Of a stretch of DNA of 64,000 nt, positions 45,764 to 55,083 are shown in pieces. Source of the stretch: Oceanispirochaeta sp. (GTDB lineage Bacteria; Spirochaetota; Spirochaetia; DSM-2461). Positions within the stretch are counted from its first letter, which is position 1. Each line of letters opens with the position of its first letter. Below the pieces are notes generated by a model that saw only the letters and a list, made by a program, of their open reading frames with translations, did not search any database and was not told the origin of the DNA. The stretch covers positions 2,528,001 to 2,592,000 of the forward strand of contig CAXXOA010000001.1 in assembly GCA_963666275.2 (NCBI GenBank), given 5' to 3'. The translations under genes were made by a program, and so were the position numbers.

Positions 45764-48730
45764 CTAAATAAAATTCAGCTCCTGAGCCTTTTTCACAATC
45801 TCATTGTTCCAGAAGTTTTTCCTGAAAAAGCTGTGCTTCATCTGCTGATTGTCAAAACGGCCCGCCCGGGTCTGGAGCAGTTTAAACGAATGGGACAATA
45901 GGATCATAAAGTTCTCATCCTTCATGTCTTCGTCCTCCTGCATCAGATCCTGGGCGTAGAAAAAGAAGTAGTAACCGAAGGGCTGCTGGTTGTAGGCCGT
46001 ATCCATCCGGCACAGAGGTTTGAGACCTTCCAGGGCCTCCTGCCGGCGGCCGATCTTTCCCAGAAGGAAATAGTAGAATCCCTTTGCCTGATCCAGCAGA
46101 ACATCTTCGTAGAGGGCGCTGTCCGAAAGGTGCCCTTCTATCAGACGGAAACCGTCCTCCCAGCAGTTCATCTCGTGAATGAACTCCCGACTTGTATCAT
46201 AGCTCTCCAGAACCGGTTCCAGCAGAGAAATTCCTCTGGCGGGATCCCCCGCCATGTAGTAGGCCTCGGCCTTGAAATAGGCGGTCTCCAGGGAGTCGGG
46301 CTGTTTATCAAGCATATCCAGGGCAATCTTCTCGCTGTGACCGAAACACAGCGACCGGGCCATCCAGGCTGTGATCACCCGGATCTGCTGGCGCATGCTG
46401 TAGCGCTTGCCCAGCTGCAGAGCCACTTTGAGTACTTTGAAGGCCTCGCTGTACCGGCCCAGCTCAAAAAAGATCCGCCCTTTGATAAAAAGCAGAAAGA
46501 TCTGGGTCTCCCGGTTACGCTCCTCCTCAACCAGGGGCATCTGGGATTCCAGAAGCCTCAGGGCCATGGAAAGGTTTCCGAAGAGGTACGAGGCCAGCAC
46601 CATGAAGCGGCCGCTGTAGAGGCCGGAGATTTTATCCTCCAGCTGCTCCCCTATTCTGGTGGCAATTTCAAAATAATCGATGGAAGCCTGTATTTTCCTC
46701 TGGGAAAGCAGGGTCAGAGCCAGGCCTATATTCGCCCGGGTCTCACCCGAATGATCGCTGTTTTTCTGAAAGGCGAACAGGCTGTTCTTTACAACTTCCA
46801 GGGCCGTATCGGAATCTCCATTCACCCCGTGGTAATGGGCCTGCTGAAGCAGGAACTCCTCGGAATAATCCCCCTGGGCCTGCATAAGGGAAAGATATCC
46901 CGAGTTGAGTTTCCCTGCCAGATCCTTCCGGTTCCTTCTCAGAAGGGCGCAGCGGAGACGGCCCGCATACTGAATGTTGTGAAACCCCTCCTGCTGGGAA
47001 TTGGACATCTGCCTCTGGGGAAAGAGGGGGGAATCCAGGAGAGTCTGGGCCAGATCCATCTCTCTGAGATCCAGAAGATGGTTGATGATTCTGTTCAGAA
47101 CGGAAAGGCCGAAATCTACATCCCCCCGGCTGTTGAGATAGAAAAAGAGCCCGCTCAGACACTGGGGACTCCCCTCTTCCATCCGTCTCTTCAGAAAGGC
47201 GGAAAAGTCCCGGTTCAGCTGATCCAGATTCAGGTACTCCAGAGATTCCAGAAAGCTCAGAACAGCGGTCCTTCCGTACACGCCCCAGGCTCCCGGCCGG
47301 AACCTCAGAAATCCCAGGGTTTCCAGCCTTTTGATCCTCTCCTCCGCTTCGGGTACAGGAGTCCCCTTCTGCTTGAAAAAATCAAGGACCAGAGAACGGG
47401 TGGCAAAGAAACGGCCCCAGAAGCTCACAGCCAGGATCTCCAGAGAAACCGGATCCTGGTTCTGAAGGAATGTCCACTCCGAAGGGCTTTCGGCCACGCC
47501 CGGGTGGTTTTCATTTTCGTTCCAGTAGTGAAAAAACAGCGAGGACAGGGAGTTTCCCAGGGCAGTGAAGGTTTTCATAATGCCGTCCATGCTGTCATTG
47601 CGGTCCGGAAAGGCCTGTCCCACCTTGCTGACCGCTTCCGCTCCCGAGGGAACTTTAAATGTCAGAGTCTGTACCGTCAGGGTGTCAAAAGGCTCGGGCA
47701 GAGAGTCCTCCCGGGACAGGAAGATATATTTCTGCGCCGGCTGATCCGTCAGAAATCCCTTGAGAAGCTCCTTCAGAAGCTCCCGGGATCCGGGGGTAAA
47801 CCCTTCGGGCTCCCGGATAATCAGAACCGGCGGTGTGGGATAGGTATCCAGCTTGCGCAGACAGGCCGCCCAGTAGAGCCGCATGGCCTCGGAAAACTCC
47901 GTAAAAAACTGATCACTGCACTGAAGATACCAGTCGTTCTGGCAGATCTTCTGCAGAAACGGGCCGTCTTTGAGCCACTGATTGCGCTGGTCCGGCGAAA
48001 GGTACTGGCCCGCATGATTCAGAAACTCCCGATTGATAAAATTGACAAGAGGATACAGAGGATCCCAGCAGTCCCGGGCGGGTTCCAGCAGCAGAAACTG
48101 CTCCACCAGGGCTCTCTGATCTTCAAAAACCTCTTTCAGAATCATCAGGGATTCATCGGGATCCCCTGTTTTTATAAAAAGCGCTTCCGGCTGATCCTCC
48201 CTGAAAAGCCACTGGTTGATCTCATTTTTGACGGGACCGATCTGATCCGGCCGGTTAAGGAAATTCCGATAGAGGTCCTCCAGAAAGAGCATTTTTTCCG
48301 TTTTTACCTTTACAGGGAGCAGAGGAGAAGTCTCGGAACTTTCAGGCACGTCCACAAAGGCACTGTACCGGGAAACGGCAGACTCCTCCATCCATATACA
48401 GTTTTCTTCTTCAGCCAGCAGAGACAGATTATGAAAGTGAACATCCAGATCCTCGTTATCGTGATCCGCCGAAAGGATGATGGAAAATCCGAACAGATGC
48501 TCGGAATTTTCATCCAGATATTTTTTCAGCCGGATCGCCGCATCAAGCACCGAAAGGGCCGTCTCCTTGTATAGAGCGGCGAACTGATATATCTGTTCGT
48601 CCAGATCGATGGGAGACCCTCCCGCCTCATGGAGGATGGCACTGCACCGGGCGAGAATTTCCCTTATTTTATCACTGTGGAGCCCCGAGAGCTGTTTTCT
48701 GTTGTCCAGTTTATAGTAAATAAAAAACAT
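45764..48730 (-). CDS. Large 988-aa protein with C-terminal TPR-like repeats; possibly a degenerate STAND architecture
   Basis: Long ORF with normal codon usage; helical repeats (GRIFFELGRYSEAFKVL, AEAYYMAGDPARG). Confidence 0.8.
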   Translation of the reverse strand: MFFIYYKLDNRKQLSGLHSDKIREILARCSAILHEAGGSPIDLDEQIYQFAALYKETALSVLDAAIRLKKYLDENSEHLFGFSIILSADHDNEDLDVHFHNLSLLAEEENCIWMEESAVSRYSAFVDVPESSETSPLLPVKVKTEKMLFLEDLYRNFLNRPDQIGPVKNEINQWLFREDQPEALFIKTGDPDESLMILKEVFEDQRALVEQFLLLEPARDCWDPLYPLVNFINREFLNHAGQYLSPDQRNQWLKDGPFLQKICQNDWYLQCSDQFFTEFSEAMRLYWAACLRKLDTYPTPPVLIIREPEGFTPGSRELLKELLKGFLTDQPAQKYIFLSREDSLPEPFDTLTVQTLTFKVPSGAEAVSKVGQAFPDRNDSMDGIMKTFTALGNSLSSLFFHYWNENENHPGVAESPSEWTFLQNQDPVSLEILAVSFWGRFFATRSLVLDFFKQKGTPVPEAEERIKRLETLGFLRFRPGAWGVYGRTAVLSFLESLEYLNLDQLNRDFSAFLKRRMEEGSPQCLSGLFFYLNSRGDVDFGLSVLNRIINHLLDLREMDLAQTLLDSPLFPQRQMSNSQQEGFHNIQYAGRLRCALLRRNRKDLAGKLNSGYLSLMQAQGDYSEEFLLQQAHYHGVNGDSDTALEVVKNSLFAFQKNSDHSGETRANIGLALTLLSQRKIQASIDYFEIATRIGEQLEDKISGLYSGRFMVLASYLFGNLSMALRLLESQMPLVEEERNRETQIFLLFIKGRIFFELGRYSEAFKVLKVALQLGKRYSMRQQIRVITAWMARSLCFGHSEKIALDMLDKQPDSLETAYFKAEAYYMAGDPARGISLLEPVLESYDTSREFIHEMNCWEDGFRLIEGHLSDSALYEDVLLDQAKGFYYFLLGKIGRRQEALEGLKPLCRMDTAYNQQPFGYYFFFYAQDLMQEDEDMKDENFMILLSHSFKLLQTRAGRFDNQQMKHSFFRKNFWNNEIVKKAQELNFI

Positions 48731-48783
48731 ATATATTTTTAACCTGCTGGCAATTAATGGATTTCTACATTATATAGTAAACT

Positions 48784-49308
48784 ATGGGATATATAAAATA
48801 TAAAGAAAAAAAATATAAATCCGTGACTATAAAACTATCGCAGAATTCCGACTTTAATGACCTTCTGAGGGAGTTCAATCAGCTCTATTTTACCGATGTG
48901 GGTGCTGAAATGGAGCACATCCGGTATGCCGTCCTGGAGCTTGTAAACAACTCCATCAGAGCCCATAAGGAACGCATTTCACACGAACTGATTACCCTCA
49001 AATTCAGAATGGAAACCCATGATCTTCTGATAGTTATCAAAGATGCGGGAGGCGGATTCGATACCTCTGTACTCCCCTACAATATTCATGACGATGTGAC
49101 CGATATAGATATGAACAGCATCTCCTTTCAGGACTACAGGGAAAAACACGGATACAACAGATTCGGTATGGGACTTCTTGTAACAAAGAGAACCTTTCAC
49201 GATTTTCTCATATCCTTCTATGATAATCAGGGAGAGAGTCAGGACTGGAGAAAAGGAAAAACCATTGGAACAATTATTACCCTTAGGAGCCGATTCAATG
49301 ACGAATAA
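48784..49308 (+). CDS. HATPase_c_2 (RsbW/anti-sigma kinase-like) protein
   Basis: AVLELVNNSIRAH N-box, KDAGGGFD G1, RFGMGL G2. Confidence 0.85.
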   Translation: MGYIKYKEKKYKSVTIKLSQNSDFNDLLREFNQLYFTDVGAEMEHIRYAVLELVNNSIRAHKERISHELITLKFRMETHDLLIVIKDAGGGFDTSVLPYNIHDDVTDIDMNSISFQDYREKHGYNRFGMGLLVTKRTFHDFLISFYDNQGESQDWRKGKTIGTIITLRSRFNDE

Positions 49309-49621
49309 CAGATCAAGCAGCCGATTTTACAGCTATGCCAAAGTCCTGATGGACGGGGTTCCCGGCTATATGAGAGATATCAGCGACGATGGATTCAAAT
49401 ATGTGACGATTATTCCCATGACAGCGGCTCAGAACGAGACCAAAACCATAACAGTCCTTCCTGAAAATGAGGAGATAGGACAGTTCTCCCTGACAGGACA
49501 GATCCGCTGGATCCGCACGGATGCGGAAGGATTCCGTATCTGCGGTATTCAGATCCTCAGTTTTGACACTCCCGACGGGGAAAAGACCTACAGAACCATG
49601 GAGCAGCAGTTCGCCTCATGA
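49298..49621 (+). CDS. Single-domain PilZ protein
   Basis: RSSSR and DISDDG c-di-GMP motifs; GQIRW...CGIQI. Confidence 0.8.
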   Translation: MTNNRSSSRFYSYAKVLMDGVPGYMRDISDDGFKYVTIIPMTAAQNETKTITVLPENEEIGQFSLTGQIRWIRTDAEGFRICGIQILSFDTPDGEKTYRTMEQQFAS

Positions 49622-49774
49622 TCAAAACTTTCTTGACGATTGACTTTCACAACGGTACAATAGCATAGACTCTTGATGTAAAAAGAAATGGCTGAAAAAA
49701 ACCACTTCAACAGAGGCTTTTTTCAGATCTATTTTAAAAAGTATTCATAAATCAGGAATTCAAGGAGAAGCTGC

Positions 49775-50125
49775 TTGGAACTTAAAGTGCGCAAAAGCGG
49801 GAATATATATATTGTTGATATCGAAGGGGAAATGGACCTTTACAACGCCTTCAAACTGAAGGAACTGATAGGCAAGATGCTTGAAAAGAACATCAGCCTT
49901 TACATAATCAACATGGAAAAAGTGGAATACATAGATTCCAGCGGTATCGGTGCTCTGATCTATGTCAGTTCTGCACTGAAGAAAAAGAATGCCAGTCTTA
50001 TCATCACCAACGTCCATGGTTCTGTCAAAAAGGTCATTGAGCTGACAAAACTGACCGGTTACTTTCCTCTGGAGGAGACTCTCAGGGATGGAATACTGAA
50101 ACTCCAGAAAGGAAAAGGCGCCTGA
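49775..50125 (+). CDS. STAS anti-sigma-factor antagonist (RsbV/SpoIIAA-like)
   Basis: GEMDLYNA, YIDSSGIG phosphoacceptor motif; AAGGAG RBS, TTG start. Confidence 0.93.
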   Translation: MELKVRKSGNIYIVDIEGEMDLYNAFKLKELIGKMLEKNISLYIINMEKVEYIDSSGIGALIYVSSALKKKNASLIITNVHGSVKKVIELTKLTGYFPLEETLRDGILKLQKGKGA

Positions 50126-50126
50126 C

Positions 50127-50669
50127 ATGAGCAACACAACCATACAGATCGACGACAATCATAAACTGATGGACCGGGAAGGCCTCTATTTCAAGGAATT
50201 TCCCAGTGATTACAGACAGATCCGGTATTTCACCCTTCTCATAGTTCAGAAAGCTCCTCCTGAAATCCGGGAGATCAACCTGCTGGAACAGCAGGTGAGC
50301 GAGCTGATTAAAAATGCGGTCAAACACGGCAACAAGAGCGATGCCTCCAAAATGGTAAAAGTCTGGTACACCTTTACCGAAGAGGAAGCCAGGATGATCA
50401 TCGAAGACGAAGGAGAGGGGTTTCAGTCCATCAAAGAGTGGAATACCTTCAATTCCCGCAGAAACGACTGCCTGAATCAGCAGGATTATGAAAAACTGGC
50501 CGACTACGTGTCCTTCCGGACCGAAGAGAGCGATGACAATGACGGCGGTAATGCCATGTTTGCAGCTCTTGAATACTGGGATGAAGGTGTGGTTTTTACA
50601 GAAAAGGCCAACTGTGTGGCTGTAGGAAAATCCTTCCGCCGCAAAGATGCGGGCATTCCCCTGAACTGA
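50127..50669 (+). CDS. HATPase_c_2 anti-sigma/kinase-like protein
   Basis: SELIKNAVKHGN, EDEGEGF, DGGNAMF. Confidence 0.88.
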   Translation: MSNTTIQIDDNHKLMDREGLYFKEFPSDYRQIRYFTLLIVQKAPPEIREINLLEQQVSELIKNAVKHGNKSDASKMVKVWYTFTEEEARMIIEDEGEGFQSIKEWNTFNSRRNDCLNQQDYEKLADYVSFRTEESDDNDGGNAMFAALEYWDEGVVFTEKANCVAVGKSFRRKDAGIPLN

Positions 50670-50671
50670 GA

Positions 50672-51358
50672 TCAGTTCCCTCCGGTCTCTTCCTCAGCAG
50701 GGGGTTCTCCCGGCCAGAGGGCGAAGGGAATCTCCCAGTCCTCAATAAACCATCTTGTACCGTCCGAGTACAGATAGATCCTTCCGGCAATGGACCCGGT
50801 ATCCGAAAAGATTCTGACCCTCACGCTGCCTCTGTTTCCCGATAGTTCCAGAGAACCCGCAGAAAATCCCCTCATCTCGGACCCCAGGGATTTGTAGCTT
50901 TCCAGCTCCTCCCTGAATAGTCTGTTGAGATCCCCCGCAAGATACCTGTCGTTTACAATGCCCGAAAAGAAAGAGAAAAAAAAGTTCTGCAGCAGATTGC
51001 CCGCCAGTCTTTCGTTTTCAGAAGAGGAAAAATAGTCCAGAAAGGGGCCGACAAAGTCCCCTTCCGGCAGAAGGCGGCTCTGGGGCAGTTTTCTCTGCAG
51101 AAAGAGCGGCCCCGAGAACTCGGGAAAGTCAGAGGTCTCCCGGGAAGCCGTGGATTCGTCCTTTTCGGCGGGAGCCTCCGGTTCGGGCTGCTCTCCCGTC
51201 CGGTTCATCTGAATGGCCCGGGAGGACGCTTCCTCCTGAACAGGCCGGGGAGTGTCCGTTTCAGGGGGAGGAACCTGTTTTTTCCGGCAGCCTCCTGTCA
51301 ACAGAGCCGCAGAAAGGAGGAGAATCATAGTCCCTGGGACAAGCCTGTTTTTTTTCAT
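50672..51358 (-). CDS. Hypothetical lipoprotein
   Basis: MKKNR...LLTGGC lipobox, Pro/Glu-rich linker, NTF2-like C-terminus (RWFIEDW). Confidence 0.75.
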   Translation of the reverse strand: MKKNRLVPGTMILLLSAALLTGGCRKKQVPPPETDTPRPVQEEASSRAIQMNRTGEQPEPEAPAEKDESTASRETSDFPEFSGPLFLQRKLPQSRLLPEGDFVGPFLDYFSSSENERLAGNLLQNFFFSFFSGIVNDRYLAGDLNRLFREELESYKSLGSEMRGFSAGSLELSGNRGSVRVRIFSDTGSIAGRIYLYSDGTRWFIEDWEIPFALWPGEPPAEEETGGN

Positions 51359-51421
51359 CCTGCTTCCCTTTTAACAGAAATACCCCATACCGTCAAAACC
51401 TTTTTTCGGTATAATGGGAAT

Positions 51422-52678
51422 ATGAAACAGAAGATCATCCGTCATATCAACGAAGACTACAGTGTTCCCGTCAGGGATCCTCTCTGGAAACATATCTACC
51501 TGACTCCTGAATTGAGGGAGCTGATGAACGATCCGGAGTTTCAGAAACTGGGACGGATCCGCCAGCTGGGGCCGGCCGCCCTGGTCTACCCCGGCGCTAC
51601 CCACACCAGGCTCAATCACAGCCTGGGAGTCTTTTTTCTGGCCCGGAGAATCCTGAAGACCATCCTGCTCTCTCCTGACTGCCCCCGCATATCACTGGAG
51701 GGAGCCAAAGCCTTTCTCTGTGCGTCCATGCTCCATGATCTGGGACATTTCCCCCATGCCCACTCGTTCAGGGAACTTCCCCTGGAGGATCACGAACTCC
51801 TTTCGGGCCTCCTCATCAGAGAGACAGGAATCGGGGGGATCATTAAAAATAAAATCGGAAGTGACCCGGAACTGACCGCCGCCATCATCGATGATTCGGT
51901 GCCTGACGGGGGAAATGAAGAGCTCATCTTTTTCCGGAATATCCTTTCGGGGGTACTGGATCCGGACAAGCTGGACTATCTGAACCGGGACGCCTACTTC
52001 TGCGGCGTTCCCTACGGTATTCAGGATATCGATTTTGTCATATCCCAGATCCGCCCCACCCCCTCGGGAATCGGCCTCACAGCCAAAGGGGTTACGGCCG
52101 TGGAAAACATCCTTTTTTCCAAATACCTGATGTATAAAACAGTCTACTGGCATACAGACGTGAGGATCTCAACGGGGATGGTCAAAAAAGCTGTCTATCT
52201 GAGCATCAAAGAGGGCCTGATCAAGCCGGAAGAGCTCTACGGCATGGACGATGACAACTTCTTCAAAAGGATGCTTCAGCTCCCCGAAGAGCTCAGCTCT
52301 CTTATCAGAGAGGCAGAGACCCCAAAAAAGTACCGCATTGTCAGCCAGATCCCCTTTGACGAATCCAGCAGACTCCACCGGGACCTGATGGATCTGGAAT
52401 TCCGTTTCCGCTACGAAGATGAACTGGCCCGGAAAGTCCAGTCCGAAACAAAAGACACCCTGCCTGAAAACCATCTGATCATAGATATCCCCTCAAGGAT
52501 CTCCTTCGAAGTAGACCTTCCCATTATCACCGATCAGGGCCCGACTCCCTTTGTCCGGTCAGGATCGGTTTTCAGCGAGCCAGTTGTCCGGGGCTTTACC
52601 GATGCCCTGAGGTACATAAGAGTCATAGTCCCCGAAGAAACCGCCCGGCAAGTACCGTTTATCCCTCTGGTGGATTAG
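51422..52678 (+). CDS. HD-domain phosphohydrolase (dNTP triphosphohydrolase-like)
   Basis: RIRQLG, HTRLNHSLG, LHDLGH, DKLDYLNRD, VYWH. Confidence 0.92.
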   Translation: MKQKIIRHINEDYSVPVRDPLWKHIYLTPELRELMNDPEFQKLGRIRQLGPAALVYPGATHTRLNHSLGVFFLARRILKTILLSPDCPRISLEGAKAFLCASMLHDLGHFPHAHSFRELPLEDHELLSGLLIRETGIGGIIKNKIGSDPELTAAIIDDSVPDGGNEELIFFRNILSGVLDPDKLDYLNRDAYFCGVPYGIQDIDFVISQIRPTPSGIGLTAKGVTAVENILFSKYLMYKTVYWHTDVRISTGMVKKAVYLSIKEGLIKPEELYGMDDDNFFKRMLQLPEELSSLIREAETPKKYRIVSQIPFDESSRLHRDLMDLEFRFRYEDELARKVQSETKDTLPENHLIIDIPSRISFEVDLPIITDQGPTPFVRSGSVFSEPVVRGFTDALRYIRVIVPEETARQVPFIPLVD

Positions 52679-52701
52679 ATCAGCCCCCCACAAAAAGGGA
52701 G

Positions 52702-52981
52702 GCACTTAATCTGTGAAACATTCCGCTGCGTTTTAAGTAAAAGTCCCCTTTAGGGGCCGGATTTAGGGGCCGGATTTAGGGGCCGGATTTAGGGACAAAA
52801 AAAGACGCGATAAATCGCGTCTCCACAATATTCTGATTTAACAGAGAATTATATCGGTAAAAATCAAATCAGCCCCTGTAGAGATGTGATTTATCACATT
52901 ACCACAGTGAGGTCCCTGAGCGGAGCCGAAGGGTGGTCCCTGAGCGGAGCCGAAGGGTGGTCCCTAAGCGGAGCCGAAGGG
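52702..52981. repeat. Composite REP-like repeat region
   Basis: 13-bp TTTAGGGGCCGGA x3 (52749-52787); AGACGCGATAAATCGCGTCT palindrome plus a degenerate GTAGAGATGTGATTTATCACAT copy; 24-bp GGTCCCTGAGCGGAGCCGAAGGGT x3 (52911-52981); 52702-52755 has an inverted copy at ~61650-61703. Confidence 0.9.
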
Positions 52982-54100
52982 CTAGCCTTTCAGGAAATCA
53001 TCAAAATCTTCCATTTTCAGGGCCAGGTTGCTCCCGCTTTCCCGTGAGCTGTTCCGGGCCTTCATGGGAAGGTACTCTTCGTTATACAGTTTGGAGAGCC
53101 TGAAAATGCCGTCTTCGCTGAGATCTTCAGGAATGAGAACTTCCAGGTTGTAGCTGGAGTCGCTGAATCCTTTGATCATGATGTTGATCGGATCTGTAAC
53201 GGTTATGGCAAAATGGGGGCTGTAGAAGAGCAGCAGCACCGTAAGCATGACCAGGATGGAAATGAAGATCATAAGATTGCTCTTGGACTCTCCCGCATAG
53301 ATGGGCTTCATGCTGTAGAAGATTTCCATGCCGTCTCTGCTGACGTATCCGTAGTCGGAGGGGCCGAACCACTGCCGGTAGTAGCTGTTGCTCTCCCGGG
53401 AGTAGATGGTGCCTTCAGGAGTCCGTACAATCAGAATGGATTTCTGCTGTTCGAACAGACTGGTTCCGTACCATGTGAGAAGATCGTTCTCCTGCAGCTC
53501 CAGAGCCGCATCCAGAACAGCCTCATGGCTCTCGACAAAACGGGTTTCCGCATCGGGAACATCCAGCTGTGCCAGGATGAAAGAAGCTCCCGTCAGGGCA
53601 AGAACCAGAGAGGCGATGACTGTTGTGATAATCCGGGTCAGATGCCTCTGGGCCATGGGAGAATTGACAAATTTGATCTTTTTGAAAATTTTCAGAAGCC
53701 TCAGGAGCCTGAGGATCCGGGCTATCCGGACCGTCTTTACGACCTTCAGAATATTCAGCATACCCGCCGCTCCGATGTAGGCGGTTCCGTCCAGTACAGA
53801 AATCACCGCCGGACCGGAACTGAGCAGGAGCAGCGGCAGCGAGGCGATCAGATCGATCCATCCCCTTTCGCTGATAAAGTACCGGGTTCCCCGGCCGTTC
53901 TTCACAGCCGAAAAAAAGCGGACAATAAACTCTATGGTAAAAAAGAGGTCAAAGCCGAATCCTGTGAAAATCAGGGTTTTTCTCACATCCCAGGAGAGGG
54001 AGAGCAGAACCGCCAGATCTTCCAGGAAGGTCTGAACCAGGACCAGGAATATTATGAGGAGGATGAAGTTCTCCAGGGCGTTGTTCACTTTTTCTTTCAT
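52982..54100 (-). CDS. Ion_trans (voltage-sensor-like S1-S4) membrane protein with a periplasmic domain and HAMP-like tail
   Basis: FDLFFTIEFIVRF (S2), WIDLIASLP (S3), KVVKTVRIARILRLLRLLKIFK (S4); ITDPINIMIKG...DGIFRL HAMP-like. Confidence 0.8.
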   Translation of the reverse strand: MKEKVNNALENFILLIIFLVLVQTFLEDLAVLLSLSWDVRKTLIFTGFGFDLFFTIEFIVRFFSAVKNGRGTRYFISERGWIDLIASLPLLLLSSGPAVISVLDGTAYIGAAGMLNILKVVKTVRIARILRLLRLLKIFKKIKFVNSPMAQRHLTRIITTVIASLVLALTGASFILAQLDVPDAETRFVESHEAVLDAALELQENDLLTWYGTSLFEQQKSILIVRTPEGTIYSRESNSYYRQWFGPSDYGYVSRDGMEIFYSMKPIYAGESKSNLMIFISILVMLTVLLLFYSPHFAITVTDPINIMIKGFSDSSYNLEVLIPEDLSEDGIFRLSKLYNEEYLPMKARNSSRESGSNLALKMEDFDDFLKG

Positions 54101-54104
54101 GTTT

Positions 54105-55022
54105 CTACCATCCGTTCTCTGCTGAAATGTTATACAGTTCGGTAAGCATATCAAAATCGTAACCGTAAAATTTGTGGTTCCGCCTGGCAATATTGAACCA
54201 GCTCTGATCGGAAGAGGCGGCCCCTCGGTCTATCTTCATGCCCTCTTTCATAACCGCACAGCGGCTGGAGAAAATGGCGGCCAGCCGGGCTGTGGCTTCC
54301 AGTTTATTGTTGTCCTGGAAGGCGATGCAGCTGTTGATACTGCTGCGGATCACCGTATCGGGCATATCGGGAATCAGCTTGGAGAGCTGCCGGGTGATCT
54401 GTTCGGCAAATCCCGGAGTCAGTCCGTGCACCTGATTCTGTCCGGGCCCTCCGGGCTGAAACAGATAGGCCAGGGGTTTGATCAGCAGAGATGTTTTAAT
54501 ATAGTTATAGACCTCTTCCTGAGACATCCTGAGCCTCTGGACCTTTGAAAGTTCAAAATGAATGTATTTCTGCCTTTCAAAGGCGTACATGATGTACTTT
54601 TTCATGATTCCCGAACGGATGGCATTGAGCGGTCCCGTCAGTTCCTGCCGGCCGAAGGGATTGTTCAGAAGCCTGTCAATCACAGCCATCAGCTGTCGTT
54701 TCATGCTCTCCGACGGAGCCGGAAGATTCAAAAAAGAAACAAAGGAATAGCTGATCCTGTCATTGAGCTCCGACTGGATCTGAGGGCGTATCTCTTTATT
54801 GGTCATGTCGTAAAGGTTCTGAGTCATTAACTTATAAATATTCTGCCAGGACTCGCCGGGAAAAAAAGCGTCCGAAGTGAGGGTCGGTTTCAGCTTCTGG
54901 CCGTTGATGGCAAAAAACTGCATCAGCTGATCCTCCCTCTGGAGAGCGGAAAATCCATTCATTGTAGGATTTTGCATGAGTCTGCTCAGAAAAGCCTGGG
55001 CTTTGGCATTGTTGTTATCCAT
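54105..55022 (-). CDS. Hypothetical cytoplasmic protein
   Basis: 305-aa ORF with AGGAAG RBS, 4 nt from the downstream gene; no motif recognised. Confidence 0.8.
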   Translation of the reverse strand: MDNNNAKAQAFLSRLMQNPTMNGFSALQREDQLMQFFAINGQKLKPTLTSDAFFPGESWQNIYKLMTQNLYDMTNKEIRPQIQSELNDRISYSFVSFLNLPAPSESMKRQLMAVIDRLLNNPFGRQELTGPLNAIRSGIMKKYIMYAFERQKYIHFELSKVQRLRMSQEEVYNYIKTSLLIKPLAYLFQPGGPGQNQVHGLTPGFAEQITRQLSKLIPDMPDTVIRSSINSCIAFQDNNKLEATARLAAIFSSRCAVMKEGMKIDRGAASSDQSWFNIARRNHKFYGYDFDMLTELYNISAENGW

Positions 55023-55083
55023 AGACTTCCTACTGATTAAAGGGTTTGCTTAATCTTTGTTTACACGTTAATAATAATACAAA

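Noticed and set aside
46130..48574. 814-aa + strand ORF
   Set aside because: Antisense shadow of 45764..48730; no motifs and atypical composition
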